A stretch of 64,000 nucleotides of DNA. Source: an uncultured delta proteobacterium (GTDB lineage Bacteria > Desulfobacterota > Desulfuromonadia > Geobacterales > Pseudopelobacteraceae). The stretch spans positions 128,001 to 192,000 of the forward strand of contig CAVYYZ010000011.1 in assembly GCA_963772835.1 (NCBI GenBank), written 5' to 3'. The notes beneath the pieces are model-generated. The model saw only the letters and a program-made list of their open reading frames with translations. It was not told the DNA's origin and did not search any database. Below, in pieces: positions 49,015 to 58,262 of this stretch; the stretch's first letter is position 1; the number at the start of each line of letters is the position of its first letter. The translations under genes were made by a program, and so were the position numbers.

Positions 49015-51729
49015 TCAGGCCGACAGCCGCAGACGGATATATTTTTCAACTTCAATAACGATATAGACGACCAGAGAAGCGCTCATAATCAGCCCCCATT
49101 CGCGCAGACCTATCGGCCGGCTGCCGAAAGCGGTATGCATTGCCGGCAGGTAGGTGAACAGCAGCTGCAGCAGAGCCATAATGCCTACTCCGGACAGCAG
49201 CCAGCGATTGCTGAACAGGCCGACCTTGAACATGGAGTGACGCAGAGAGCGGCAGTTGAACAGGTAGAACAGCTGGCCGAAGACAAAGACATTGACCGCG
49301 CAGGTGCGGGCTTCTGCAACATCGCTCCCCTGATGCAGTTCCCACTCGAACAGCCCGAATGCACCCACAAGCAGCAGAAAACCGACGAGACCGATCCTCA
49401 TACCCAGTTCCCAGGTCAGCAAAGGCTGCCGGGGATCCCGGGGAGAGCGATTCATGATGCCTGACTCCTTTGGCTCGAAGGAGAGCATCAGACCCAGCAG
49501 CACCGCCGTCGTCATATTGATCCAGAGGATCTGCACCGGCGTTATCGGCAGTTGAACACCCGCAAATACCGCGGCCAGGATTACCAGCCCTTCGCCAAGA
49601 TTAGTGGGCAGCGTCCAGGTAATGAACTTGACCAGATTGTCATAGACCGCACGCCCTTCTTCGACAGCGGCTTCAATGGTGGAAAAATTGTCGTCGGTCA
49701 GCAGCATGTCGGCGGCCTCCCTGGTAACTTCGGTGCCGGATATCCCCATTGCCACGCCGATATTTGCCTGCCGCAGAGCCGGCGCGTCATTTACTCCGTC
49801 GCCGGTCATTGCAACGATATTTCCTGACGCCTGCAACGCCACAACCAGCCGGAGTTTCTGTTCCGGCGCCACACGGGCGAAAACGACGCTTCGCTCGACG
49901 GCGGCTATAAGCTCACTGTCGCTGAGAGCATCGATATCCCGGCCGCTCAATGTCAATGTGTGACCCGGTTCGCCGGTTTCAGCGATCAGACCGATCTGCC
50001 GGGCAATGGCCGTGGCGGTAATTGCATGGTCACCGGTAATCATTTTTACCCGGATACCGGCGGCCCGGCACACCCGTACCGCCGCAACGGCTTCCGGCCT
50101 GGGCGGGTCTATCATCCCCTGCAGACCGAGGAAGGTCAGCCCCCCGGCAACATCGCCATGCTCCAGTGCCTCCCCGGAGATCACCTTCTCAGTGCGGGCG
50201 ACCGCCAGGACTCTCAACCCCTTTTCCGCCATCTGCTCCGCCGCCCGGTAAATTTCATCGCACGGCAGAACCGCCGGTTCTCCGGTGCGGGATAAGGAAC
50301 GACTGCAGCGGATCAGGACGCTCTCGACAGCCCCCTTCAGATAGACAACATGACCGCCTGAATTGCCATGCAGTGTTGCCATATACTGGTAGTGCGACTC
50401 AAAGGGAATGGCGTCGAGGCGGGGAAGTTCAGCGGAAAACTGCTCCCGTTCAAGCTTCGCCTTACGGGCGGCAACGACCAGAGCGGCTTCGGTCGGGTCA
50501 CCCTCCACTTTCCAGTCGTTATCTGTCCGTGCCACAATGGTGTCGTTACACAGCAGCCCCGAGATCAGGCAATCACGCAGAGCCGGATTTTTCATCGGAG
50601 ATATGGCTTCACCCTCACGGGTAAAACACCCTTCAGGGGAGTAGCCGGTGCCGGAAACCAGAAAAAGATCGCCCCCGGCATACACCTCCTGAACGGTCAT
50701 CTGGTTCTGCGTCAGGGTGCCGGTTTTGTCCGAGCAGATGACTGTCGTGCTTCCCAGTGTCTCCACCGCGGGAAGTTTTCGGATAATCGCGTTCCGTTTG
50801 GCCATTTTGGCAACGCCGATGGCCAGCGTTATGGTTACCGCCGCCGGCAGCCCTTCGGGAATGGCCCCGACCGCCAGGGCAACCACCGCCATGAACATCT
50901 CTATCCAGGAGGAGCCCCGCAGGATACCGACAACAAAGGTGATTGCGGCCAGAGTGAGGATGACATACAGCAGCAGTCCACTGAACCGGGCAATCTTTTT
51001 GGTTAAAGGGGTCGCCAGGATGTCAGCTGATGCTATCAACTCGTTAATACGTCCGACTTCCGTGTTGTTGCCGGTGGCAACTACGGTGCCGGCGGCGATG
51101 CCGTAGGTGACCAGGGTCGATGAGTACGCCATGTTTATCCGGTCCGCCAGCGGCGTGTCGTCCGGCAGTACCCTGCTCTGCTTCTGCACCGGGACCGATT
51201 CACCGGTCAGGGTCGATTCATCGATTTGCAGCTCCCGTGAGCTCAGTATGCGCAGGTCGGCCGGGACCTTGTCGCCCGACTGCAGCAGGACGATATCACC
51301 CGGAACCAGTTCCGTCGCCGGAATCTGTTGCCGCTCGCCTCCCCGCAGTACCGTTGCACTGCTGGTCATGGCGTTTGCCAGGGCTTCAATCGCCTTGACC
51401 GCTTTGGACTCCTGAATGAATCCGATGACGGCATTGACCAGTACCACCCCGTAAATCACCCCGGCATCAACCCATTCCCGGAGTGCGGTTGTGACTGCGG
51501 CGGCGGCCAGCAGGATGTAGACCAGCGGCTGATGGAACTGGAGCAGAAACAGTATGATCGGCCCACGACCCTTTTTCCGGGTAATCGTATTCGCTCCGAA
51601 CCGCTGCTGCCGGAGGTGCGCCTCAGAGGCATCCAGTCCCTTATCCGGAGCGGTACCGAGTAAGTCTGCGACCTCCGCTTCCGGCAGTGTATGCCACGGC
51701 CTGTCCGGGATTTCATTCATGAAATGCAT
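49015..51729 (-). CDS. Cation-transporting P-type ATPase (P2A, Ca2+-type)
   Basis: TGES, IPEGL, CSDKTGTLT, KGA.E, MITGD, TGDGVNDAPAL, QILWIN. Confidence 0.95.
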   Translation of the reverse strand: MHFMNEIPDRPWHTLPEAEVADLLGTAPDKGLDASEAHLRQQRFGANTITRKKGRGPIILFLLQFHQPLVYILLAAAAVTTALREWVDAGVIYGVVLVNAVIGFIQESKAVKAIEALANAMTSSATVLRGGERQQIPATELVPGDIVLLQSGDKVPADLRILSSRELQIDESTLTGESVPVQKQSRVLPDDTPLADRINMAYSSTLVTYGIAAGTVVATGNNTEVGRINELIASADILATPLTKKIARFSGLLLYVILTLAAITFVVGILRGSSWIEMFMAVVALAVGAIPEGLPAAVTITLAIGVAKMAKRNAIIRKLPAVETLGSTTVICSDKTGTLTQNQMTVQEVYAGGDLFLVSGTGYSPEGCFTREGEAISPMKNPALRDCLISGLLCNDTIVARTDNDWKVEGDPTEAALVVAARKAKLEREQFSAELPRLDAIPFESHYQYMATLHGNSGGHVVYLKGAVESVLIRCSRSLSRTGEPAVLPCDEIYRAAEQMAEKGLRVLAVARTEKVISGEALEHGDVAGGLTFLGLQGMIDPPRPEAVAAVRVCRAAGIRVKMITGDHAITATAIARQIGLIAETGEPGHTLTLSGRDIDALSDSELIAAVERSVVFARVAPEQKLRLVVALQASGNIVAMTGDGVNDAPALRQANIGVAMGISGTEVTREAADMLLTDDNFSTIEAAVEEGRAVYDNLVKFITWTLPTNLGEGLVILAAVFAGVQLPITPVQILWINMTTAVLLGLMLSFEPKESGIMNRSPRDPRQPLLTWELGMRIGLVGFLLLVGAFGLFEWELHQGSDVAEARTCAVNVFVFGQLFYLFNCRSLRHSMFKVGLFSNRWLLSGVGIMALLQLLFTYLPAMHTAFGSRPIGLREWGLIMSASLVVYIVIEVEKYIRLRLSA

Positions 51730-52156
51730 CGCCGGTTCATGCGTCTCCCTGTGACATTCGTGACTTGTATCGCTCTGCTCTGAAAAACAGTCTCATCGTG
51801 ATTCAGTATCTGCATCAACTCCTCCGGCACCTGTTTTGTAATCAATTTTACCATGGTTTTCATCATTGGCAATATGCAGGCCGTAGATGCGCTTTGGTCT
51901 CAAGAGAGCGAATCCATCTAAATTATGTTTCATTCCGGATAGTTAAACCGGGAATCGCCACTCCTGCCATAAAAGACTGCAATGGTCTTGTTTTCCTAGA
52001 TAAATCAGGAGGTTGCCTCGTATACGCGTCCATTTTTTTTAATTGACGGTTCATGTGATTGATGGCAGTATCGCCGCTCGTTTGGTTTTGATTACATCAA
52101 CGAGAGACCTTTCATGTAATGACGGGGACTTATCACACGGAAGCAGGGGGAAACAG

Positions 52157-53029
52157 ATGGGAAAACGGGTAATTTTGTTACAAATGCTCATGTTATCGGT
52201 ATTGTTGACGGGGATGACGGTCCTGACGGCCGCCGGAGCCGTTGATCCACAGTCGGTGCTGAGCAATTCCGATTGTGTCAAATGTCACACGGCAGCACCG
52301 GAGGCGATTGCGGCCAATGGCGGAGCTCACAAAACCCAGGTCAGCTGTCAGGATTGCCATGCCGGCCACCCGCCCGCGGTCAAAAAGATCATCCCCGCAT
52401 GCAGTCAGTGCCACAGCGGCAAACCGCACTACAATCTTTCTGCCTGTCTGCGCTGCCACAGCAATCCGCATTCCCCGAAAATTATCAAACTGGCCAATAA
52501 TATCACTGATGAGTGTCTCACCTGTCATACCCAGCAGATCGTCAAACTGAAACAGGTTAAGAGCAAGCATACCAAGCTTGCCTGCAGCTTCTGCCATAAT
52601 ACCCATGGCAAAATTCCTCTCTGTACCCAGTGCCACAAGCCACATAGCCCGGAAATGACTGCAGTTGACTGCAAGCGTTGTCACCAGGCCCATATGCCGA
52701 CCGCCGTTACGTATCCTTCCGATACCGTCAACAAGATGTGCTCTGCATGCCACAAGAAGGCTTTTGAACTGCACGGCAAGACCGATACAAAGCATAAAGA
52801 CGTCAACTGCGTTACCTGTCACAAGGACAAACACAAGATGATTCCGACCTGCCAGAGTTGTCACGGAGCACCGCATCCCGCACGTATGCTGGCCCGTTTC
52901 ACCAAATGCGGAGACTGCCACAATACTGCTCACGACCTGAACCGCTGGGAAACCGGTACACTGAAGCCGGGCGGAGACAGGGATGACGCGGTGAAGCTAC
53001 CTCCTAAAAAAGGTACCAAAAAGAAATAG
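52157..53029 (+). CDS. Dodecaheme c-type cytochrome
   Basis: Signal peptide from ATG 52157; 12 CxxCH motifs. Confidence 0.92.
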   Translation: MGKRVILLQMLMLSVLLTGMTVLTAAGAVDPQSVLSNSDCVKCHTAAPEAIAANGGAHKTQVSCQDCHAGHPPAVKKIIPACSQCHSGKPHYNLSACLRCHSNPHSPKIIKLANNITDECLTCHTQQIVKLKQVKSKHTKLACSFCHNTHGKIPLCTQCHKPHSPEMTAVDCKRCHQAHMPTAVTYPSDTVNKMCSACHKKAFELHGKTDTKHKDVNCVTCHKDKHKMIPTCQSCHGAPHPARMLARFTKCGDCHNTAHDLNRWETGTLKPGGDRDDAVKLPPKKGTKKK

Positions 53030-53054
53030 AAAGAGCTGTGAGAGGTCGCACTAC

Positions 53055-53084
53055 AGGCCGGCGGAGAAATCCGCCGGCCTTTTT
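53055..53084 (+). terminator. Rho-independent terminator
   Basis: AGGCCGGCGGA-GAAA-TCCGCCGGCCT-TTTT. Confidence 0.88.
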
Positions 53085-53286
53085 ACGTAAGGAATTGCGA
53101 ACGGTATGTTTTGCAGTTATACTGGCTACGGTGCTTTTTACCGCCTGCGCGGTATCCAGACCGTTGTTTTTTGTTCCGGCATGAGATTGAAGGGGTGTGT
53201 AAACTGCCAATTGCTGCATGATTCAGTAAAATGGAAACTGCCGGGTACTTGTCTGCGTGACTGATTGAGCGTGACCGGAGCGTCGG

Positions 53287-55422
53287 ATGACACTGTATCA
53301 GAGAACAATCCTTAGTATCGTCAGCACGTTCATCGCCCTTTTTTTTATTCTGGGGGCATCATCAGACATTATTCTGCTGAAGAGTTTTGCCGAGCTCGAA
53401 CGCTCGGTCGTTGCAGATAACATCCAGATAGTCAGAAACGAAATCGAAGAATCGTATGACGAACTGCGCGCCTCTTCGCATGAGATCGGTGCAGTCATAG
53501 CTGCTCACGGTTACGCCTCCCTTTCCAAAATTCCAGTTACCACTCTCCACAATCACCACGTTGATATAGCCGTCTGCTTTTCTCACAGTGAGCAGGTCAT
53601 GGCTTCGGCCGTTGCGACAGGAAATACAGCGAGATATTCGGTTGAAACCGGGCGGATTATTGCGCACCTGGGTGATATACTCCGGATTGCGCAGAAAGAT
53701 CCCGGCGTTCCACTGAACGGGCTGATCGTCCCCGGCGACACTCCACTGCAACTGGTTCTTACGCAGCTCCCTGAAAAAAAACTTCTATTGTTGACGGGTC
53801 GTTTCCTGGATAAGGACGAAATTAACCGGATTACCGCCCTGACGGAGTTTGCTCTTGATCTTGTGCCGGTATCCGAGGAACGGCCTACCCCTGAAATCGC
53901 AGCAGCACTCGCCGCGATTTCCCGCGGTTATGAAAACCCTGTCCAGGTTATTGATCCGGACACCGTTGCCGGCTACACCCTCTTCAGGGATATTTATAAT
54001 CGTCCTGCCTTTTTTGCGAAAATTACCGAGGAGCGACTTCTCTACAAACAGGGTAAGGCGACGATTTTATATGTCCTCAGTTCGTTGTTTATAGTTGGTG
54101 GAGTGTTCTGCTGTGTGATGCTGTTTTTCATCCGCGGGACCGTTCTTAATCGCCTTGCCTCTCTCACTCAAAAAGTGACACAGATAACAACACACGGCGA
54201 TATATCGGAACGCCTGACTGTTTCAACTTTGCAGGATGAATTGAATGATCTGGCCGTTTCGATCAACAGCATGCTTGATTCTCTCGAAAAAGCAGAACAG
54301 GGTGTGCGGGAAAGCGAGGAACGCTATCGCATGCTGTTTGATAGAGCACCCGACGCGATTATTATAATCGGTCTGGAGGGGGATGAAGCCGGCCGGATTG
54401 TGGCAGCAAATATTGCCGCAGCTGACCAGCACGGGTATACGGTGGATGAACTTACCGGCTTGAGTATTTATGATCTGAACACTTCAGAGAGTAATAAAAT
54501 CGCCGGAGATATCATCGCCGCTATTCTCGCCGGTGAGTGGCTGACATCAGAACTCTGGCACCGTAAAAAGGATGGTACCCAGTTCCCGATCGAGATACAT
54601 GCCGGATTGATTAAAATTGAAGGGAAGAAGTATATATTGGGATTTGATCGGGACATTACGCAGCGCAAAATCACAGAAGAAACCGACCATATGCACCTTC
54701 AGCAGATTCGTCAGCTTAATGAAGAATTAAACCGGAAAGCGATTGATCTTGCAGCGGCCAACAATGAACTTGAGACATTTAATTATTCGGTTTCTCATGA
54801 TATGCGCGGACCGCTCACGAGGATTTCAGGATATTGCCAGCTGCTGCTTGATGACGACACCGTTCTAGATCCGGATGTGAAAGAGTATATCGCCCGCATT
54901 TATGAGTCTGGAACATGGCTTAATGACATGATTGATGCCCTGTTGCAGCTGGCACAGTTGACCCGTGCGGATATCAATTCCGGCAGTGTCAATCTGAGCG
55001 TTATTGCAGACGCGGCCTTGAAAGAACTCTCACTTGAAAACCCCGGGCGATCGGTCAGGGTACTGGTCGCACCGGATATCGTTGTAGCCGGTGATTCCCG
55101 GCTTCTGAAAATGGTTATGATTAATCTGCTCAATAATGCCTGGAAATACAGTGCAGAGAAGAGCGATGCATCCATTGAATTCGGGGTTGAGCAGGCAGAT
55201 TCAGGGGTGGTGTATTATGTCCGCGATAATGGTGCCGGTTTTGATATGAAAGATGCAGACAAGCTTTTCCGTGTTTTCACTCGATTGCACAATCCTGGGC
55301 AGTTCTCCGGAATCGGTATCGGTCTTGCGACTGTCCAACGCATCATTTTCCGCCATGGCGGCCGGATCTGGGCCGAAGCAGAGCCCGGAAACGGAGCGAC
55401 TTTTTACTTTACTCTGCCGTAG
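53287..55422 (+). CDS. Sensor histidine kinase (CHASE4-like/HAMP/PAS/HisKA/HATPase)
   Basis: Two TMs, DELNDLAVSINSML HAMP, PAS RKKDGTQFPIE, YSVSHDMRGPL, NAWKY, DNGAGF. Confidence 0.9.
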   Translation: MTLYQRTILSIVSTFIALFFILGASSDIILLKSFAELERSVVADNIQIVRNEIEESYDELRASSHEIGAVIAAHGYASLSKIPVTTLHNHHVDIAVCFSHSEQVMASAVATGNTARYSVETGRIIAHLGDILRIAQKDPGVPLNGLIVPGDTPLQLVLTQLPEKKLLLLTGRFLDKDEINRITALTEFALDLVPVSEERPTPEIAAALAAISRGYENPVQVIDPDTVAGYTLFRDIYNRPAFFAKITEERLLYKQGKATILYVLSSLFIVGGVFCCVMLFFIRGTVLNRLASLTQKVTQITTHGDISERLTVSTLQDELNDLAVSINSMLDSLEKAEQGVRESEERYRMLFDRAPDAIIIIGLEGDEAGRIVAANIAAADQHGYTVDELTGLSIYDLNTSESNKIAGDIIAAILAGEWLTSELWHRKKDGTQFPIEIHAGLIKIEGKKYILGFDRDITQRKITEETDHMHLQQIRQLNEELNRKAIDLAAANNELETFNYSVSHDMRGPLTRISGYCQLLLDDDTVLDPDVKEYIARIYESGTWLNDMIDALLQLAQLTRADINSGSVNLSVIADAALKELSLENPGRSVRVLVAPDIVVAGDSRLLKMVMINLLNNAWKYSAEKSDASIEFGVEQADSGVVYYVRDNGAGFDMKDADKLFRVFTRLHNPGQFSGIGIGLATVQRIIFRHGGRIWAEAEPGNGATFYFTLP

Positions 55423-55549
55423 ATCCTGCGACCGGCTCATAAAAAAAACTTTTAAACGTGGGAATCCGGCGTGCACAGGAATCGTTTCAAAATGGAGTAA
55501 AAGGCCGGAACTACAGGGAGTATACGGATATGATTTTAACCAATTGCCG

Positions 55550-56155
55550 TTACTCTGAAAAAGGCGATAGTTTCCCCCGGAGATTCTGATCTTTTCTGAA
55601 GAGGATGCGTGCGGTCGGCATATCACCGCCGCAGATCTCTTCAGAAAAGAGAATGGTGCCGCTGAACGTTTCAAAGAGCCTGCGTAACTCCCCCGGTTGC
55701 AGCAGAAATTGCGGGTTGCGGGTCTGTAGGAGTGCCTCTGAAGCCAGGATGGTGTCAAAGAGCAGCAGACCGCCCGGGTTCAGGCACGCAACTTCAGCTG
55801 GAATCAGTTCACGCAGCAGAAAATTAAAATTAAGTATCAGATCGTATGTCCCCTCGATTCGGTAGTCGTCAAGATCCACCCTTCGAAAATCCACGTCTAC
55901 TCCCATTGCTTCAACCCGGTTCCTCCCTTTTGCCAGCCCGATGTCGGAAATATCCAACCCGACTACCCTGAAACCATTCTGAGCCAGGAACAGGCTGTTT
56001 CTTCCTTCTCCGCACGCAATATCCAATGCTGCCAATCCGGGTGTCAGGGTTTTGATTCTTTCAATCTCCCGTGCCAGAAACGGCGAAGGATGACTGCCAA
56101 GAAAAGAATCCTCAGATTCAAAGCGCCTGTTCCATTTGATTCGGTCGGATTCCAC
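55550..56155 (-). CDS. Class I SAM methyltransferase (TehB-like)
   Basis: ALDIACGEGRNSLFLA, GLDIS, LNPGG; GTG start. Confidence 0.88.
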   Translation of the reverse strand: MESDRIKWNRRFESEDSFLGSHPSPFLAREIERIKTLTPGLAALDIACGEGRNSLFLAQNGFRVVGLDISDIGLAKGRNRVEAMGVDVDFRRVDLDDYRIEGTYDLILNFNFLLRELIPAEVACLNPGGLLLFDTILASEALLQTRNPQFLLQPGELRRLFETFSGTILFSEEICGGDMPTARILFRKDQNLRGKLSPFSE

Positions 56156-56171
56156 AGTTCCCTCGCCCTGT

Positions 56172-56342
56172 TTTGCAGTAATGCAAAAAATTAAAAGTTT
56201 ATTTGCACATGTGCAAAACGAATAGTTTGCCGCGTAGATACTTTCTATCTACCAGAAATGTTTATGTTTGTCAGTGTATGTCTGTTTCCGGTCAGCGGTA
56301 ACAGGATGCAGGGTGGCGCTGATATATTTGCATTTGTGCAAA
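56172..56342. promoter_or_regulatory. Three copies of the palindrome TTTGCA-N4-TGCAAA (enhancer-like sites)
   Basis: 56172-87 TTTGCAGTAATGCAAA; 56202-17 TTTGCACATGTGCAAA; 56327-42 TTTGCATTTGTGCAAA. Confidence 0.8.
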
Positions 56343-56416
56343 ATGCTGCGCGTCGTAAAAGAATATGAAAATGTATAACATTACGTAATTACAGGTAATA
56401 ATCGATATATTGTCTG

Positions 56417-56433
56417 TTGGCACAGCATGTGCT
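56417..56433 (+). promoter_or_regulatory. Sigma-54 (-24/-12) promoter
   Basis: TTGGCACAGCATGTGCT = GG-N10-GC, preceded by an AT-rich spacer. Confidence 0.82.
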
Positions 56434-56470
56434 TTTAGAAGGATACGAAGTATGGTCAATCGGGGCGCTC

Positions 56471-56665
56471 ATGAAAACTGAAACAATCTGTCCGTTTTTT
56501 GGAAAAAATGATGATCAGTGTGACATCGGGTGTGGCTACATATCTCCTCATGATGTGAACATGATCATTCGCTTCTGTAACGGCCGTCATCTGCAATGTA
56601 TCAAGTATCTCGAACTGTCGGATCGCTTTCCGGCAGCAAAACAGTACGATGCTGAATTCTGCTGA
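56471..56665 (+). CDS. Small Cys-rich hypothetical protein (64 aa)
   Basis: MKTETICPFF...QCDIGCGY...FCNGRHLQC...; first ATG after the sigma-54 promoter. Confidence 0.65.
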   Translation: MKTETICPFFGKNDDQCDIGCGYISPHDVNMIIRFCNGRHLQCIKYLELSDRFPAAKQYDAEFC

Positions 56666-56694
56666 TTAACCATACAAGGCAAAACGGAGAACAT

Positions 56695-56817
56695 ATGTCG
56701 TACCAGCTTTTATTCAATTTCAGTCACGTACAATGTTTACAGGCGGTTTTTATCAGCACTCTGTTTGTAGTGCTACTCATTGCCAAGGAGATAAAAGATG
56801 ACCACAAGAGAGCTTGA
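56695..56817 (+). CDS. Putative 40-aa hydrophobic peptide (absent from the ORF track)
   Basis: GGAGA RBS; MSYQLLFNFSHVQCLQAVFISTLFVVLLIAKEIKDDHKRA; overlaps next start by 20 nt. Confidence 0.4.
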   Translation: MSYQLLFNFSHVQCLQAVFISTLFVVLLIAKEIKDDHKRA

Positions 56818-57049
56818 ACTGCTGAACAGAATCGAAGAACTGGAACGCCATACCTGGCGTAACAGTTCAATACTGCGTTCGGTTGCAATGGTGGCTTTCA
56901 CCGCACTGATCGGCATTGTTGTCGCGTCCGGTGTTGTGGGAGGGGGGCGCGGCAGTCATTGGTCCGGTCCGGCCTGGAACACAATGTGGCTGTACGGCCT
57001 GTTTGCAGCCAATGCGGTTTCGATGTTCTGGACTACTCACAAGGAATAA
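56798..57049 (+). CDS. Hypothetical two-TM membrane protein (83 aa)
   Basis: AAGGAG RBS, short coiled N-terminus, two hydrophobic segments. Confidence 0.75.
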   Translation: MTTRELELLNRIEELERHTWRNSSILRSVAMVAFTALIGIVVASGVVGGGRGSHWSGPAWNTMWLYGLFAANAVSMFWTTHKE

Positions 57050-57062
57050 GGGGATACTGATC

Positions 57063-58139
57063 ATGCCAATGAAAATTACTCATGCAATTATGCTTCTGAC
57101 GGTCTGTATCCTCTTCTCGGCCTTTAATATGCAGATATTCAGCGGTCTGGACGAAATGATGGGTGATCAATACTGGGTTATCAATACGACTCAGGGTGAT
57201 CACGGCTGGTACGCCATGGGACTTCTGCCCCACGTTAGTAAAGTGCCGAAGGATGTCGTTGCAGCAGCTAATACGGATGCGGATCCTAAAAACGATTATG
57301 TTATCTATGCCCAAAGCGGTGACTTCGCGGGCAAATCGGTCTACGGCATCTGCTTTGGTATCCCGATGATAATGTATCTGATCTGGTTTGCCTTTATCCT
57401 CGGTTTCCCGGACCGGGTGGATCCATATCTGCTGCCGCGCAAATTATTCACCATCGCGGTTATCATCTCCTGCTCGGTGGTTGCCAATCTGTTTCTGATG
57501 CGCATTGCCGGCGACTTTGCCAGGGAACCGATGGCCCGTATTGCCAATGTTGCCGGTAACCATGCTTCACTGCTGTTTCATAACGCCGGAATCTGGTTTG
57601 CAATTCTTTTTTCGGCTCTGGGAACACACAGCCACTCCTCGAGCGAAGTCAAGGCACCCGACAGCCGCAACTGGCAGACTCAGGCAAACGAGAAATTCAA
57701 CTGGATGTTCACGTTGCTGGGTATAGTGACCATTCTGGAGATCGTGCTGGTAAAGAACAAACTGGCTCTTCCGGATGCTGCTGTAGACTATTCAGTCTGG
57801 ATAATATGGGTGGTGATCTTTATGCGCATGTACGGGTTCTCGCCCAAGTACTGGATCAAACGGTCTACCGGTATATCCATCATGGTAGTCGGTACGCTGC
57901 TGACTCTGCCGGTGTTCTATCTGCTTGAACGGGCAACCGGAACATTAGGGGCCGGATTTGCCTCGCCGATTCTGGCCAAGGCACTGGGAGTCGAAAATCA
58001 GAATGTCGGCCTTTCTTTGATGGTATCTATCTATCTTGTCTTCTGGATGGAGTTTGCAACAGCAATCCGTATGAACGGTCCGAACAAAAAAACTCCCGTT
58101 CCTGAAGTTCTGGGCCCCGGGGAAATGATAACAGACTGA
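57063..58139 (+). CDS. Uncharacterised polytopic membrane protein (358 aa)
   Basis: About 8 hydrophobic segments with a large loop after TM1; AAGGGG RBS; no family recognised. Confidence 0.8.
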   Translation: MPMKITHAIMLLTVCILFSAFNMQIFSGLDEMMGDQYWVINTTQGDHGWYAMGLLPHVSKVPKDVVAAANTDADPKNDYVIYAQSGDFAGKSVYGICFGIPMIMYLIWFAFILGFPDRVDPYLLPRKLFTIAVIISCSVVANLFLMRIAGDFAREPMARIANVAGNHASLLFHNAGIWFAILFSALGTHSHSSSEVKAPDSRNWQTQANEKFNWMFTLLGIVTILEIVLVKNKLALPDAAVDYSVWIIWVVIFMRMYGFSPKYWIKRSTGISIMVVGTLLTLPVFYLLERATGTLGAGFASPILAKALGVENQNVGLSLMVSIYLVFWMEFATAIRMNGPNKKTPVPEVLGPGEMITD

Positions 58140-58194
58140 CAGCAGGAGATGTATTGAATATCTCCTCTGCAGGTCATTCATCACCCATTCATTA

Positions 58195-58238
58195 CGACAC
58201 AGAGAAAGCCGGAGTCCCCTCCGGCTTTCTCTGTGTCG
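58195..58238. terminator. Perfect 20-bp hairpin between convergent genes (probably bidirectional terminator)
   Basis: CGACACAGAGAAAGCCGGAG-TCCC-CTCCGGCTTTCTCTGTGTCG. Confidence 0.8.
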
Positions 58239-58262
58239 CTCATTACTCCAACTGACATGTTT

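Noticed and set aside
51730..52156. GEMM-I (c-di-GMP/cGAMP) riboswitch or sigma-54 promoter upstream of the multiheme cytochrome
   Set aside because: The GEMM core motifs were not found, and the GG-N10-GC candidates lack a TGC at -12; an Rfam scan would settle it.
56417..56470. TTG-start N-terminal extension of the Cys-rich ORF
   Set aside because: The TTG is part of the sigma-54 -24 element; ATG 56471 is the plausible start.
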